Positions 35,194-45,367 of a stretch of DNA of 64,000 bases are shown one piece after another. The notes below the pieces were generated by a model. That model was not told the origin of the DNA. It searched no databases and saw only the letters and a list, made by a program, of their open reading frames with translations. This stretch comes from Betaproteobacteria bacterium UBA5216 (GTDB lineage: Bacteria; Pseudomonadota; Gammaproteobacteria; Burkholderiales; SG8-41): NCBI GenBank assembly GCA_002412495.1, contig DHVE01000066.1:18736-82735 (forward strand), given 5' to 3'. Numbering within the stretch: position 1 is the first letter of the stretch; each line of letters begins with the position of its first letter. A program made the translations under genes and the position numbers.

Positions 35194-35489
35194 GGTGTAT
35201 CTCCTTGTTTTATATTGACAATAACAGAAGCGCCGCCGGAAATGGCCGGGCGAGGACACGAGGCTTTATTGTATAGAAAAATCTCGGCCACGGCGTTACG
35301 CCATCGCCAAATTGACGATAGTGGCTGAACTATTACCAGACGCGCAGTATGCAAGCCTTTTACAGGACGGGCACGCGCGAATCACATCCGGTATCGGCAC
35401 CCCTGTTACACGCTATTTTACGCGCTGGCGATTGCAGCACAGCCGGGCCGAGCCAGACCCAGGACTGCCGATTCCACTGAAGTACGCAC

Positions 35490-35975
35490 TCACGCATCCG
35501 GCTTTTGCAATCGGAGACGCAACCGGCGCTCCAACTCCTGCTCCAGATAAGCGTTTTGATCCTTGAGGTAATCGCGCGCGCCTTTGAGCATCAGGTGCGT
35601 ACGCACACGCGCCTTGAGTATCGGCGGCGAAATCGGCTTGGCGATGTAATCAACCGCGCCCACGTCGAAACCTTTTTCCTCGTCTTCGATCTCAACCTTG
35701 GCCGTCAAGAAAATGACCGGTATCTCCGCCGTGATTTGATCGGCCTTGAGCCGTCTGCAGACTTCATAACCGTCCATTTCCGGCATCATAATATCGAGCA
35801 GAATCAAATCCGGCATCGGCAGCGTCGCCGCGATCTTAAGGGCCGCCTCCCCACGATTGGCGATTTTCACGCGATAGTCATCCTTCAGCAGGCCGTGAAT
35901 CAGCTGCAGGTTCTCCGGCGTATCGTCCACCGCCAGGATCGTTTGTTTCTCGGTAAAGTCCAGTGCGTCGGCCAT
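35490..35975 (-). CDS. stand-alone response regulator receiver protein
   Basis: It has the receiver signature (ILAVDD.., LILLDIMMPEMDG, ..FLTA.., DYIAKP) and no output domain. It lies 15 nt downstream of the hybrid kinase gene. Confidence 0.9.
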   Translation of the reverse strand: MADALDFTEKQTILAVDDTPENLQLIHGLLKDDYRVKIANRGEAALKIAATLPMPDLILLDIMMPEMDGYEVCRRLKADQITAEIPVIFLTAKVEIEDEEKGFDVGAVDYIAKPISPPILKARVRTHLMLKGARDYLKDQNAYLEQELERRLRLRLQKPDA

Positions 35976-35990
35976 GATGTTATCCCCTGA

Positions 35991-38900
35991 TCAAAGTTGG
36001 ATACTGCAGGCTGTCAAGGCGGCGTCCAGTTCGGATAACGCAGCCTCAAAATCAAAACTGTTGACCAATTTCTCGAGATTTCTGTAGGCATCCGCTCGCA
36101 GCACCGTACGCAACCCGCCGGAATGCTCGGCCAGCACGTCCAGTGCTTCCGCATCGTTGCCGGCCAGCAAACGCCTCAGTCGCCGCAATTCCGGCAACAG
36201 CTGTTCGGCATCCACCGCCCCCGCCTCGTGCGCTTCCGCGGCATCCCCTAACACCGCTTTCAGCCGGCCTATCATCTCGTCAAGCACCTGCTCGCCGCGT
36301 GCCAGCAATTCCGGCGTTTCATCGCTCGCGCGAATGGCCTGCTCCAAATTCGCCCACGCCGCCTGCACCGCACCAGCACCAATATTACCCGATACCCCCT
36401 TGACCGTGTGCGCAAGACGCTCCGCCGTTGCCCGGTCACCCGATGCAATGGCCGCACGCACCGCGCCGATTGCACCAGTTTGCCCTTCAACGAATTTGCG
36501 CAGAATATTTAGGTAAAGCTGCTTGTTGCCCGCCGTACGCTTCAGTCCAGATAGGGTATCCAGTCCGTCGATAGCGGGGATGTCTTCCGCGGTGGCTGGC
36601 GCGGACGTCACCGAGTTCGCCGTGCCGCGCCGCTTGGACCATTGGGCTATCGTACGGTACAACACATCGGGATCAATCGGTTTGGTAATGTGATCCTGCA
36701 TGCCGAGTTCCATGCAGCGCTGGCGCTCCTCGACCATCGCATGCGCCGTCATCGCAACCACCGGCACTGCATCGAATCGTTTGTCTTCGCGCAGAAGAAC
36801 AATTGCCTGATAGCCATCAAGCACTGGCATCTGCAAGTCCATGAACACCACATCATAGTAATCAGGCCCTGCGGCCGCCAGTTTATCCAGGGCTTCCTGC
36901 CCGTTATTCGCCAGTTCTACAATCACGCCTTCGGACTGCATGAGCTCAACGGCGATTTGCTGGTTGATTTCGTTGTCCTCGGTCAGCAGCACCCTGAGAC
37001 CGGATATCTCGTATGACGCGCTTCGCGTCCCGTCAGATGCGTTTTGCCGGTTCTGCGCCGCGGGATCGACACCAAACCACGCAGTAAATATAAACGTGCT
37101 GCCGACACCCGCCTGGGATTCAACCCACACCGTGCCCCCCATCATCTCGACCAGCCGTTTGGTAATCGTCAGCCCCAGGCCGGTGCCGCCATACTTGCGC
37201 GTGGTGGAACCATCGGCTTGCGAGAACGCTTGAAATAATCGACCTTGCTGTTCGGGCGTCATGCCGATGCCGGTGTCGCGCACCGAAATCCTGACTTGAA
37301 TCTTGCCTTCGGCGCGCGCCAGTTCTTCCACCTCAATGACGATGCCGCCCTTCTCGGTGAATTTAACGGCGTTGTTCACCAGATTGACGAGAATCTGCCC
37401 CAGGCGCAGCGGATCGCCCAGCAAGTTCCTCGGCACCCCGGCGGGCACCTGCATCGAAAGCGCCAGCCCTTTGTCACTGACTTTCTGACCTACCAGCGTG
37501 GTGAGATTACCCAGCACCTGATCAAGCGAAAATGCAACCGTTTCCATGTCGAGCTTGCCGGCCTCGATCTTGGAAAAATCAAGTATGTCGTTGATGATCC
37601 CCAGCAAAGAGGTGCCCGCATTATGTATTTTTTGCACGTAGTCGCGCTGCCGCGCATTGAGTCCGGCTTTTAATGCCAGGTACGACATGCCGATAATCGC
37701 GTTCATCGGCGTGCGAATCTCGTGACTCATATTGGCAAGAAACATCGACTTCGCCTTGGTGGCCTCTTCGGCCGCCGTGCGCGCCTGTCGTTGTGCGGTC
37801 ACATCGTAGAACCAGCACAACCTCGCCGGTTCCCCCTTGAATTCGGTCGGATAGTAAGTCGCCAGCACCCATATGTCCGTCCCGTCGGCCGCGCGCAACC
37901 CCACTTCAAGATTTGAAATCGCCTCGCCGGCATGAAGTCGCCGCGATATCGACCGGTAGTCGTCGGAATTTTGATAAAGCAGGGAAGGATCGGACGCCAT
38001 GGCCGCATTCAATTCCACCTTGAATGTGTCGGCATACGCCCGGTTGGCGAAAACGATGCGCCCGTCCGCATCGCGCGCAATGCGAATCGCGATTGGACTG
38101 GTTTCAAGCATTTGCCGCAAACGTTGCTCGCTTTCTTTTAACTCGGCAGTGGTCGCTTCCAGTTCGCTCGTTCTTGTCGCGACGCGCGCCTCGAGCTCAT
38201 TGTTTGCCTGTTCAAGCGCCTGCGTGAATTGCAGCAGCCGCTTGCGCGCCTCGTCCATCGAGTCCGACAAAGTCCTCACCTCGCGCAATCGCGAATTCAA
38301 CGTAATCGGACGATCCAGCTGCATCTGCCCGATGCGCGTACTTTCTTTTGCCAGATGCTCCAGCGGGTAACTAAAACGGCGGGATACGCGCAGCGCGATA
38401 AAAAGTCCGGCGGCGATGACAAAAGCCAGGATCAGCGCCATGGAAAAAGCGCCTTGGCGAATCGCATCGGGCAGAAAATCGCTCAGCGGTGCCACACTGG
38501 CAGAGACAAATTGCGTGCTTCCGAACGGTATGGAAATAAACTGGGCAAAATAAGGTGCGCCTTCCGAAGTCTGAAATTGAAACGCTTTCCCATAACCACG
38601 TCCCGACCGGTCCCATATCCGCGTCGCCGCACCCAAGATGGGAAAGGGCGTTTCACTTATTTTCTTGAGAACCACATTGCGAATGTTATCGTCGGTCAGT
38701 GCACCTCTTCCACTGGGATGCGTTACCAATTTGAGGTCGTCGGTCAACATCACCGTGGCACCTTTTCCGCCGATACCCAGCGCCAAGGCTTGCTTGGACA
38801 AATCGGTTAGTTTTATATCGTACGCAATAACGTAATCCATTTGAGTCTTGGAATCACGCCAGCGCGCCGACGCGGTTATCCCCGGATCTTTTGTGGTGAA

Positions 38901-39479
38901 AAAAATATAGGGATCCGTCCAGTAGACGGCCTTGTCCTGCCGCAGGCTCATTGCGCCGATGTGCCAGGGACGCCGCAAAGGCTCGTAGTCGTCATGACGC
39001 CACTCTTCGCCCAAATATTCGCCCGTGGCGCTCCATTTCATCCAGCGATGGCGCTTGCCAAAGGCGTCCGGATCGGTAACGCGGTTATGCCACTCACCGT
39101 TGGCCTGCTTCTGCAGCAGGATGGCTTTGCCACGATTATCGGCAAAAATCGCCGCCGTCATAAAAGCATGATGTTCCAGCAGGGGAACAAAAACCGAATT
39201 GAAACCGCTGACGTCATCCAGATGGATGTAGTCCCGAAGACCCCATTCGCGCGCGGACAGTATCAATCGTTCCACCCGATCAACCTGTGTGCTCCAGCGG
39301 GTCGATACCTCTTTTTGGGCGCGTTCCAACTGGCCGACGGCGAGTTGTTCGGTCACCGGGGCGACCACAAGAAAATAGGCGGCGAACAAGAAAGCGGTGA
39401 ATGCCACGATAACCAGCAGCATGAAGCGCAGCACCAGCGCGTAGTGTATGGAATAGGACTTCCGCCCAATCGCCGCCAT
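35991..39479 (-). CDS. hybrid sensor histidine kinase / response regulator (TM - large periplasmic sensor - TM - HAMP - PAS - HisKA - HATPase - REC - Hpt)
   Basis: It has the H-box [11 protein letters not shown]-box [10 protein letters not shown]-boxes DTGIGM and GGTGLGL, a receiver ([12 protein letters not shown]) and an Hpt motif ([11 protein letters not shown]). The start was set to ATG 39479 (MAAIGRK.. just before TM1). Confidence 0.9.
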   Translation of the reverse strand: MAAIGRKSYSIHYALVLRFMLLVIVAFTAFLFAAYFLVVAPVTEQLAVGQLERAQKEVSTRWSTQVDRVERLILSAREWGLRDYIHLDDVSGFNSVFVPLLEHHAFMTAAIFADNRGKAILLQKQANGEWHNRVTDPDAFGKRHRWMKWSATGEYLGEEWRHDDYEPLRRPWHIGAMSLRQDKAVYWTDPYIFFTTKDPGITASARWRDSKTQMDYVIAYDIKLTDLSKQALALGIGGKGATVMLTDDLKLVTHPSGRGALTDDNIRNVVLKKISETPFPILGAATRIWDRSGRGYGKAFQFQTSEGAPYFAQFISIPFGSTQFVSASVAPLSDFLPDAIRQGAFSMALILAFVIAAGLFIALRVSRRFSYPLEHLAKESTRIGQMQLDRPITLNSRLREVRTLSDSMDEARKRLLQFTQALEQANNELEARVATRTSELEATTAELKESEQRLRQMLETSPIAIRIARDADGRIVFANRAYADTFKVELNAAMASDPSLLYQNSDDYRSISRRLHAGEAISNLEVGLRAADGTDIWVLATYYPTEFKGEPARLCWFYDVTAQRQARTAAEEATKAKSMFLANMSHEIRTPMNAIIGMSYLALKAGLNARQRDYVQKIHNAGTSLLGIINDILDFSKIEAGKLDMETVAFSLDQVLGNLTTLVGQKVSDKGLALSMQVPAGVPRNLLGDPLRLGQILVNLVNNAVKFTEKGGIVIEVEELARAEGKIQVRISVRDTGIGMTPEQQGRLFQAFSQADGSTTRKYGGTGLGLTITKRLVEMMGGTVWVESQAGVGSTFIFTAWFGVDPAAQNRQNASDGTRSASYEISGLRVLLTEDNEINQQIAVELMQSEGVIVELANNGQEALDKLAAAGPDYYDVVFMDLQMPVLDGYQAIVLLREDKRFDAVPVVAMTAHAMVEERQRCMELGMQDHITKPIDPDVLYRTIAQWSKRRGTANSVTSAPATAEDIPAIDGLDTLSGLKRTAGNKQLYLNILRKFVEGQTGAIGAVRAAIASGDRATAERLAHTVKGVSGNIGAGAVQAAWANLEQAIRASDETPELLARGEQVLDEMIGRLKAVLGDAAEAHEAGAVDAEQLLPELRRLRRLLAGNDAEALDVLAEHSGGLRTVLRADAYRNLEKLVNSFDFEAALSELDAALTACSIQL

Positions 39480-39534
39480 GTTTGGCACCTTTCTCCCGTT
39501 CCGGGGAACCACGGTTCTCGAAACGACCGGAGGA

Positions 39535-39604
39535 AATTGTAGACGAATTGTAGACGTTATGGCGCTGGCTGTTTTTGGCTCCTTGGCTCTTTGGCTCTTT
39601 GGCT
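39535..39604. repeat. direct repeats upstream of the hybrid kinase: 2 x aattgtagacg, then 3 x c(c/t)ttggct with degenerate copies
   Basis: These were read directly from the sequence. There is an 11-bp tandem pair at 39535-39556 and an 8-bp tandem triplet at 39581-39604, 56-125 nt upstream of the chosen start. Confidence 0.8.
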
Positions 39605-39696
39605 TTACCCACCTGACATTTTGAAAAACAGGCGTCGTTGCGACCGAAATCAGTAGCGTGCCGCCACGCGCGGCAGCCTCCACATTGTGAGAGGCG

Positions 39697-40308
39697 CTAG
39701 CGCCGCAAGCGGTCGATTGTCCGCGACCAATCCTGCGGCAAACTGGATTCCATGATCGACAAAATCACGCGGCTGGCCTTCTGGAAATCGCGTGGATCCA
39801 GCCATTCCCATGCGCCGCACGCCAGCGCAATCAACCCGGCCAGCACCAGCAGCGCGGCGAACAGCACGCGCGGCACGCGAAACAGCAACGTTTTCCACCA
39901 CACCCGCCAGCCCTGCGGATTGACGAACGCCAGCACGCCCGCGCCCATCGACAGCAAACCGGTCAATGCATATTGTGCGCCGGGACGTTGCTTCAAATAG
40001 GCCGTCACCGCGCCCCACCGGCCGGCATCCAGCGCATAAGCCGCGCCAATGACGCAACCTGCGACAAGAAACAACATGCCGCCCCAGATCACCGCGGGCA
40101 TGCCGTTATACGCGCCATCAGAACCTTCCGACAGCCGCAAACCCATGCGCCGCGTGTAAAACGATTCCAGCGCCCCGATCATTACCCCCGCACCGATGGC
40201 GAAGATGCCCAGATGCACACCCTTGGGCAATGCAAAGTAGCGCGCGGCGGCGATACCCAGGGCACCGACAATGATCAGCGCGTATTCAAGAAATGCAGTC
40301 AGACGCAT
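39697..40308 (-). CDS. hypothetical integral membrane protein (about 6 TM)
   Basis: ATG start and multiple hydrophobic helices. No family was recognised. Confidence 0.6.
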   Translation of the reverse strand: MRLTAFLEYALIIVGALGIAAARYFALPKGVHLGIFAIGAGVMIGALESFYTRRMGLRLSEGSDGAYNGMPAVIWGGMLFLVAGCVIGAAYALDAGRWGAVTAYLKQRPGAQYALTGLLSMGAGVLAFVNPQGWRVWWKTLLFRVPRVLFAALLVLAGLIALACGAWEWLDPRDFQKASRVILSIMESSLPQDWSRTIDRLRR

Positions 40309-40422
40309 GGTGGCCGAGAGTGTAGCGCGTCGGCGCGCCGTGTGGAAAAGCTGACGGCCCGTACACTGTCATTCAGCTATTGACGATCCCTATAAGACAC
40401 CAGTTCCCCGTCTGGGTCCGCG

Positions 40423-40902
40423 TCACCAACCATCGGGGAATATTGTTTCCTCACGGGCATGCATCAGGACGACCGACAGATCCCATGGTGCAATCCTCGG
40501 CAACCTGGTCAATTCGGCGACGGTCATGAGCCGCATGTCCGACCCTTCCGACAAAATCATGGTTTCGACATCGCCGGGTGAAATGGGAATTTTGTAAAAA
40601 ACCTTGCGCACGACCCGGTTCTCGCGTCGCGGCAAAACAAAAATTGCCTCGTGATACCAGGTGCACTGCGTCGGCGTGTAGTTTAATTCTTCCTGGATTT
40701 CGCGCAGTATCGCGCCATGCCCCTCTTCGCCGGGCTCCACGGCCCCGCCAAAAAGCGCCCAATGATTGCGCAACGGGAGCATATGTTTGTCGTCTCGCAA
40801 TTGAAAAAGGTAACGACCGTCAGTTGTAACCAATAAGGCCGCCGCAATAAAATGCCTGGGAGACTCCGTCAACTTATCAAGCGATATCTGCGAAAATTTC
40901 AT
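40423..40902 (-). CDS. NUDIX hydrolase
   Basis: It has the Nudix box GGAVEPGEEGHGAILREIQEELN. The start was set to ATG 40902 (MKFSQ..). Confidence 0.85.
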   Translation of the reverse strand: MKFSQISLDKLTESPRHFIAAALLVTTDGRYLFQLRDDKHMLPLRNHWALFGGAVEPGEEGHGAILREIQEELNYTPTQCTWYHEAIFVLPRRENRVVRKVFYKIPISPGDVETMILSEGSDMRLMTVAELTRLPRIAPWDLSVVLMHAREETIFPDGW

Positions 40903-40940
40903 CGAATGGAAAGGGGTTAAAGTTGGAAATCGCCTCGCGG

Positions 40941-41825
40941 TCACGCACGCCACGCAAACGCGATGATGCCGAACATGATGAGCACGACTCCCGCGAATTT
41001 CATGGCAGACCAGCGCTCCTTCATGGCAATCACGCCAATCAGGCTTGCAAATAACACGCTCGTTTCACGCAGGGCGGAAACGCCCCCTATCGGCCCTCGG
41101 CTCAATGCCCATAGAAAAACGCAGAAGGCGACCGTGCCCAGTATGCCCGTGGCCAGCGTGTAGCGCCACTGTGCCACGATGGTTTTCCAAAAACCGCTGC
41201 CCCGGCTGACACTGATCGTGGCGACAAATGCCGCGCCATCCAACACCATTAACCAAATCACATAGGAGAGCCAGTCCCCGCCAAGCCGAACGCCATAGGC
41301 ATCGACAACGGTATAGCTCGCAACCAGAAAACCTGTTATTGCGGCCGCGATGAGCAGCGGCGAACTGGGTCTCGCCGCCCGGTTTTCGGTGCCCATGATG
41401 AGAATTCCACCGGAAATAAGGATAATCCCCATGGCTTGCCACCCGGTCGGAATCTCTGCCAGCAACACCAATGCCAATAATGCAGAAAACAGCGGGCAAA
41501 ATCCGCGCGCGATCGGATATGCCTGACTTAATTCGCCGTGTTTATAGACCTGCGCCAGTCCGAATTTATACGTGTTATGTAGCACCACGGAAAAAGCCAG
41601 CACAGGCCATTGCCGGGCTTCGGGAATCGCCACCCAAGGCAGTGCGCACATGGAAATGCCCGCGCTGACCACATTCATGCCAGCCAATCCGACCAGCCTG
41701 TCGTCGCCCGCTTTTATCATGGCGTGCCACGACGAATGCAATAACGCGGCGCCCAACAGCAATGCTATTATTAACCAGTCCATTCGTGAGTCGGGATGCG
41801 CCCATCCCGCCGCGTTGTTAACCAT
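40941..41825 (-). CDS. EamA/DMT family transporter
   Basis: About 10 hydrophobic helices in two similar halves. The true start may instead be the internal ATG at 41783 (MDWLII..). Confidence 0.75.
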   Translation of the reverse strand: MVNNAAGWAHPDSRMDWLIIALLLGAALLHSSWHAMIKAGDDRLVGLAGMNVVSAGISMCALPWVAIPEARQWPVLAFSVVLHNTYKFGLAQVYKHGELSQAYPIARGFCPLFSALLALVLLAEIPTGWQAMGIILISGGILIMGTENRAARPSSPLLIAAAITGFLVASYTVVDAYGVRLGGDWLSYVIWLMVLDGAAFVATISVSRGSGFWKTIVAQWRYTLATGILGTVAFCVFLWALSRGPIGGVSALRETSVLFASLIGVIAMKERWSAMKFAGVVLIMFGIIAFAWRA

Positions 41826-42036
41826 TTGATTTTAATTCTATTTGCAAGGCGGGTTTCACCCGCGCCGTGCGCAAGCAAGAACAAGCACTGGCCGTGCGCT
41901 CAATGGGGCGCATTACATCACGGGATCGGCGCAATGCGCCCAACATTTTTTGGCGCCGCCGGACGGTGAATCGGCGTGCCCGCGCATTTGACGTGTATCA
42001 TTTGCACTCTTCAACGGCAATCTGAAAGCAGCAACA

Positions 42037-42573
42037 ATGACAACCACAGTAGAACCGCCTGCCGGTCCCGGTGCAGCCATTTCGGGCAAGGGCATTATCG
42101 AGGCGTTCAAACGCAGCGCCGTCGAGTTTATCGTCTCGGTGCCTGACCGCGTCACCAGCGAAACCGTATTGCGCGGCGTCGCCTCGGACGCCACGCTGAA
42201 GCTGGTACGCGTGTGCAAGGAAGATGAAGGCGTATCAATTTGTGCGGCGCTGTCGTTTTGCGACAAGCGCGCGCTGCTGCTGATGCAAAATACCGGCTTG
42301 CTCGATTCGATCAACGCGCTGCGCGGCATCGCCGTCGAATACCAGTTGCCGGTGGTGATGATGGTGGGACTTTTGGCCCATGAATCCGCCGCGCCACCGG
42401 CACAGTCAAAAAGCTACGGGGCGCGCATTGTCACGCCGATTCTCGATGCCATGGGGATCGCGCACGAGTACTTGCACAGCGCCGGCGACGAGCAGCGCAT
42501 CGCGCCCGCGATCGAGCGCGCGTATGCCAATTCCACGCCGCTGGTGCTATTGGTCGGAAGGAGCCCGATATGA
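42037..42573 (+). CDS. TPP-dependent decarboxylase, alpha (PYR-domain) subunit, sulfopyruvate/phosphonopyruvate decarboxylase-like
   Basis: This is a short (178 aa) N-terminal TPP-enzyme domain (..VCKEDEGVSICAA..MQNTGL..). Its stop overlaps the next start (ATGA). Confidence 0.7.
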   Translation: MTTTVEPPAGPGAAISGKGIIEAFKRSAVEFIVSVPDRVTSETVLRGVASDATLKLVRVCKEDEGVSICAALSFCDKRALLLMQNTGLLDSINALRGIAVEYQLPVVMMVGLLAHESAAPPAQSKSYGARIVTPILDAMGIAHEYLHSAGDEQRIAPAIERAYANSTPLVLLVGRSPI

Positions 42574-43142
42574 TGAAACGCGACCAGTGCCTGAAACTCA
42601 TCGCGAAATATCATCGCGACGAACTCGTGGTTCCCGTGTATCAGGCCACGTTTGAATGGCTGGCGATCAAACCCGAGGCGCCGACCTTCACCGCCGTTGG
42701 CGCGATGGGCCAAGCCTCGTCGCTGGCGTTGGGTTTTGCGCTGGGCGCGCCCGACCGCCGCGTGATGGTGCTTGATGGCGATGGCAGCCTGCTGATGAAC
42801 CTCGGCAGTCTGGTTAGCATTGCCAATGCCGCGCCGGGCAATTTGCTGCACTTTGTGTGCGAGAACGGCACTTACGAAGCCAACGGCGGCCATCCGATTC
42901 CCGCCAAGGATAAAGTGAGTTTCACCGGACTGGCGCTCGCCGCGGGCTACCGCGAAGCGCATGAGTTCTCGGAACTCGACGCGCTGGAAGCCGCTCTACC
43001 CGGCATACTGCGCGCGCGCGGCCCGGTGTTCATCGATCTTAAAATCGTGCCGGGCGAAACGTATCCGCAGGATTGGGCTTACATGCACGGCACTGAATCG
43101 CGCGAGAAATTCCGCAAGGCGCTTCGGCAATCGCACGCCTGA
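42570..43142 (+). CDS. TPP-dependent decarboxylase, beta (PP-domain) subunit
   Basis: It has the TPP-binding motif GDGSLLMNLGSL..ENG. GGAAGGAG lies upstream, and it is translationally coupled to the alpha subunit. Confidence 0.75.
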   Translation: MMKRDQCLKLIAKYHRDELVVPVYQATFEWLAIKPEAPTFTAVGAMGQASSLALGFALGAPDRRVMVLDGDGSLLMNLGSLVSIANAAPGNLLHFVCENGTYEANGGHPIPAKDKVSFTGLALAAGYREAHEFSELDALEAALPGILRARGPVFIDLKIVPGETYPQDWAYMHGTESREKFRKALRQSHA

Positions 43143-43185
43143 ACAGCGAGCCATTGGGGAGCGCTGCACGATACGCGGTGACGCC

Positions 43186-44178
43186 ATGGCGACGGAATTG
43201 GCGTTGAGCAATGCCGCAGCGTTAAAACGAACCAAGGCATCGTTTTGCGGGCGGTTGTTCGCCCATGCCGCAACGATTGCCGGGTTATCCGTCACGCTGT
43301 TGCTGGTCTTGTGCGCCGCCGCGCAGGCGCAGGACGCCGCCACCCTTGCCCGCGAGCTCGTCGCCCTCAAAGGCGGCTACGTCGAAAAAAAGCACCAGCT
43401 CGAAGAAGTGCGCATACGCGCCTATATCCCGATTCTGCTCAAGGCGGTCGGCAAAGGGCCAACCTGGAAACCGGGCCATCCCAACTGGTCACCGACCGAA
43501 CAGCGCATCGCCGAAGAATGGCGCAAGCATTACCTTGATCATCTGACCCGCACCGGGCGCGACACGAATTTCGGCTGGGTGGACGACGCGCTGGCGCGCG
43601 AATATGCGCGGGTGTTCGGTGCCGACGAACTCGCCGTGCTGCTGGCGTTTTATCGCACGGCGGCCGGAGGCGCGCTGCTCGCGCTGGAAAAAGATTTTCT
43701 CGGCTTTTATCCGAACGAAATGCTGCGCTCGCTGGCGCGCGTGATGCTCGGCGCCGAACCGCTGACCGCGCGCGAGCGTGAGCAGTATCGCGCACCAGAG
43801 GCTCGCGAACGGCGCGAATTCGTCGAGTTGTTCGAAGCCGAACTGGTGATCCATGCGGAAAGCCTGCGCATCGGCAGCGCTTATCTGGAAGCGAATCAGC
43901 CGATGGTGCAACAGGGCGCGCTTGCCACGGCCGCCGACGCCATCGATGCACTGCGGCGCAAGCTTGATGCCACCACGATGACTGAACTACAAACCTTCCA
44001 GAACTCCGGCCTGGGACGCAAGGAGCGGGTGTTTGTTGGCGCGGCGTTGCCCACTGTAACGCCGGCCGATGAAGACCCCGTGCGCGCCAAGGTGGAAGAA
44101 GCCGCGTTTTACAAGGGACTGCAACAGTTGTCCGCGCAATGGCGCGAGCTGGCGGCAAAGACCGGGGCGCGCCCCTGA
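43186..44178 (+). CDS. hypothetical secreted protein, possibly DUF2059-like
   Basis: The start was set to ATG 43186 and gives a signal-like segment (..LVLCAAAQAQ). The segment EYARVFGADELAVLLAFYRTAAGGALL resembles the DUF2059 core, from memory. Confidence 0.5.
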   Translation: MATELALSNAAALKRTKASFCGRLFAHAATIAGLSVTLLLVLCAAAQAQDAATLARELVALKGGYVEKKHQLEEVRIRAYIPILLKAVGKGPTWKPGHPNWSPTEQRIAEEWRKHYLDHLTRTGRDTNFGWVDDALAREYARVFGADELAVLLAFYRTAAGGALLALEKDFLGFYPNEMLRSLARVMLGAEPLTAREREQYRAPEARERREFVELFEAELVIHAESLRIGSAYLEANQPMVQQGALATAADAIDALRRKLDATTMTELQTFQNSGLGRKERVFVGAALPTVTPADEDPVRAKVEEAAFYKGLQQLSAQWRELAAKTGARP

Positions 44179-44229
44179 GTTTGGCGCGTCGCCGCGCGGC
44201 TGTTCGGCCCCAGACTATTCGAGCGCCGG

Positions 44230-44466
44230 AAGGTCAGCGTCGTTACCTATAACCGTCCCGGCGCCACTGGCGCTATCATCGTTGGCGCCGTGGCAAAAGC
44301 CCCACCGGATGGCCACGCCTTGCTGATCGTGGTGGCGTCGTAAGCCATGATTCCGGCGATTTACACAACGCGGCCTTACGATCCCATCAAGAGTTACGCG
44401 CCGGTGTCGCGTATCACGACCCGCGCGCTCGCGCTGGTAGTGCCTCCGGAAGTTCCGGCGAAGACG
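44230..44466 (+). pseudogene. decayed internal fragment of a Bug/TctC-family gene
   Basis: The frame reads ..VSVVTYNRPGATGAIIVGAVAKAPPDGHALLIVVAS*AMIPAIYTTRPYDPIKSYAPVSRITTRALALVVPPEVPAKT. It is colinear with residues ~60-140 of the intact Bug genes, but has an in-frame TAA (44341-44343) and lacks both N- and C-terminal parts. Confidence 0.8.
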
Positions 44467-44497
44467 CGCCCAAGCCGCCAGCCACCGCAGGTCGCCA

Positions 44498-45352
44498 TTA
44501 CCGCGCTGTTTTCAGGAAAAGCTCGGGATCGACGTACACGCCATTGAGCAACACCGCCCAATGCAAATGCGGCCCGGTGACCCGCCCGGTCGCGCCCGAC
44601 AGTCCCAGCGTCGCGCCGCGCTCGACCGTGTCGCCTTCTTTCACATCGATGCGGCTCATGTGTATGTAGAGCGTGATGAAGCCCTGCCCGTGATCCACAA
44701 ACACGGATTTGCCGGAGTAAAAATAGTCTCCCGTCGCAATCACGCGCCCCGCCGCTGCCGCGCGCAATGGCGTGCCCGTGCCCACCGCCACATCCAGACC
44801 AGCGTGCGGCGAACCGTCCTCGCCATTCAGCACGCGCCGCAAACCAAAGCGCGCGGACAACCGTCCGCTGGCCGGCAAATCAAGCACGAAGCTGGGGGGC
44901 GCTTCTGGGTTCCAGTGATTTTTGGCGCGGGCTATCACTACCTGATCACGTTCATTACGTTGCAGGTCCTCCGGCGTCGGCTCCATAAAACGCGAACTGA
45001 TTTTGAGGTGCTGGGCAGGGTACGTTTTTGCCTTGATCTCGAATGTCGTGTCGTAGGCGCGCTTCGGTGCATCTTCGCCCGCCTTGACGTGTAACGTCTG
45101 CCGGCCCGGTTTGGCGTCCAGCGGCAGCCCCACCACTGCCAGCCAGCCTTCCGCGCGCTTCTGCGTGAGCACGCGTCTACCATCGAATAAAACTTCCAGC
45201 ACCCGCGAATCGGCTTCTCCAATCTTTACTACCGCTACGCCGCCCGGATAGGGCGCATGACGCGGCAACGCGGCGTCTTGCGCGAACACGCCCACACTCG
45301 TCAGCACGCACCACGCCACCGCACTGGCACGCCCGATTAATTGACGTAACAT
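44498..45352 (-). CDS. M23 family metallopeptidase (peptidoglycan endopeptidase-like)
   Basis: It has HAGLD and HLHW zinc-ligand motifs and a signal peptide. Confidence 0.85.
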   Translation of the reverse strand: MLRQLIGRASAVAWCVLTSVGVFAQDAALPRHAPYPGGVAVVKIGEADSRVLEVLFDGRRVLTQKRAEGWLAVVGLPLDAKPGRQTLHVKAGEDAPKRAYDTTFEIKAKTYPAQHLKISSRFMEPTPEDLQRNERDQVVIARAKNHWNPEAPPSFVLDLPASGRLSARFGLRRVLNGEDGSPHAGLDVAVGTGTPLRAAAAGRVIATGDYFYSGKSVFVDHGQGFITLYIHMSRIDVKEGDTVERGATLGLSGATGRVTGPHLHWAVLLNGVYVDPELFLKTAR

Positions 45353-45367
45353 ATTGTTTTTATTTGA

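Noticed and set aside
35312-35566. 84-aa ORF in the gap between qor-like and the response regulator genes
   Set aside because: It has a TTG start, no SD and no motif, and its 3' end overlaps the response regulator gene on the opposite strand. The support is insufficient.
39535-39604. Possible CRISPR array, or short repeats elsewhere such as 49580-49610 and 59196-59216
   Set aside because: The repeat units are only 7-11 bp, directly tandem without spacers, and no cas genes are present. These are not CRISPR arrays.
39480-39683. 68-codon N-terminal extension of the hybrid kinase ORF
   Set aside because: The extension runs through the tandem repeats and has no membrane or signal features. ATG 39479 places the start just before the first TM helix.
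41907-41940. 8-bp inverted repeat ggcgcatt-N18-aatgcgcc upstream of the TPP decarboxylase genes
   Set aside because: It is a single short GC-rich dyad with a long spacer and no adjacent regulator. It is likely to occur by chance in this composition.
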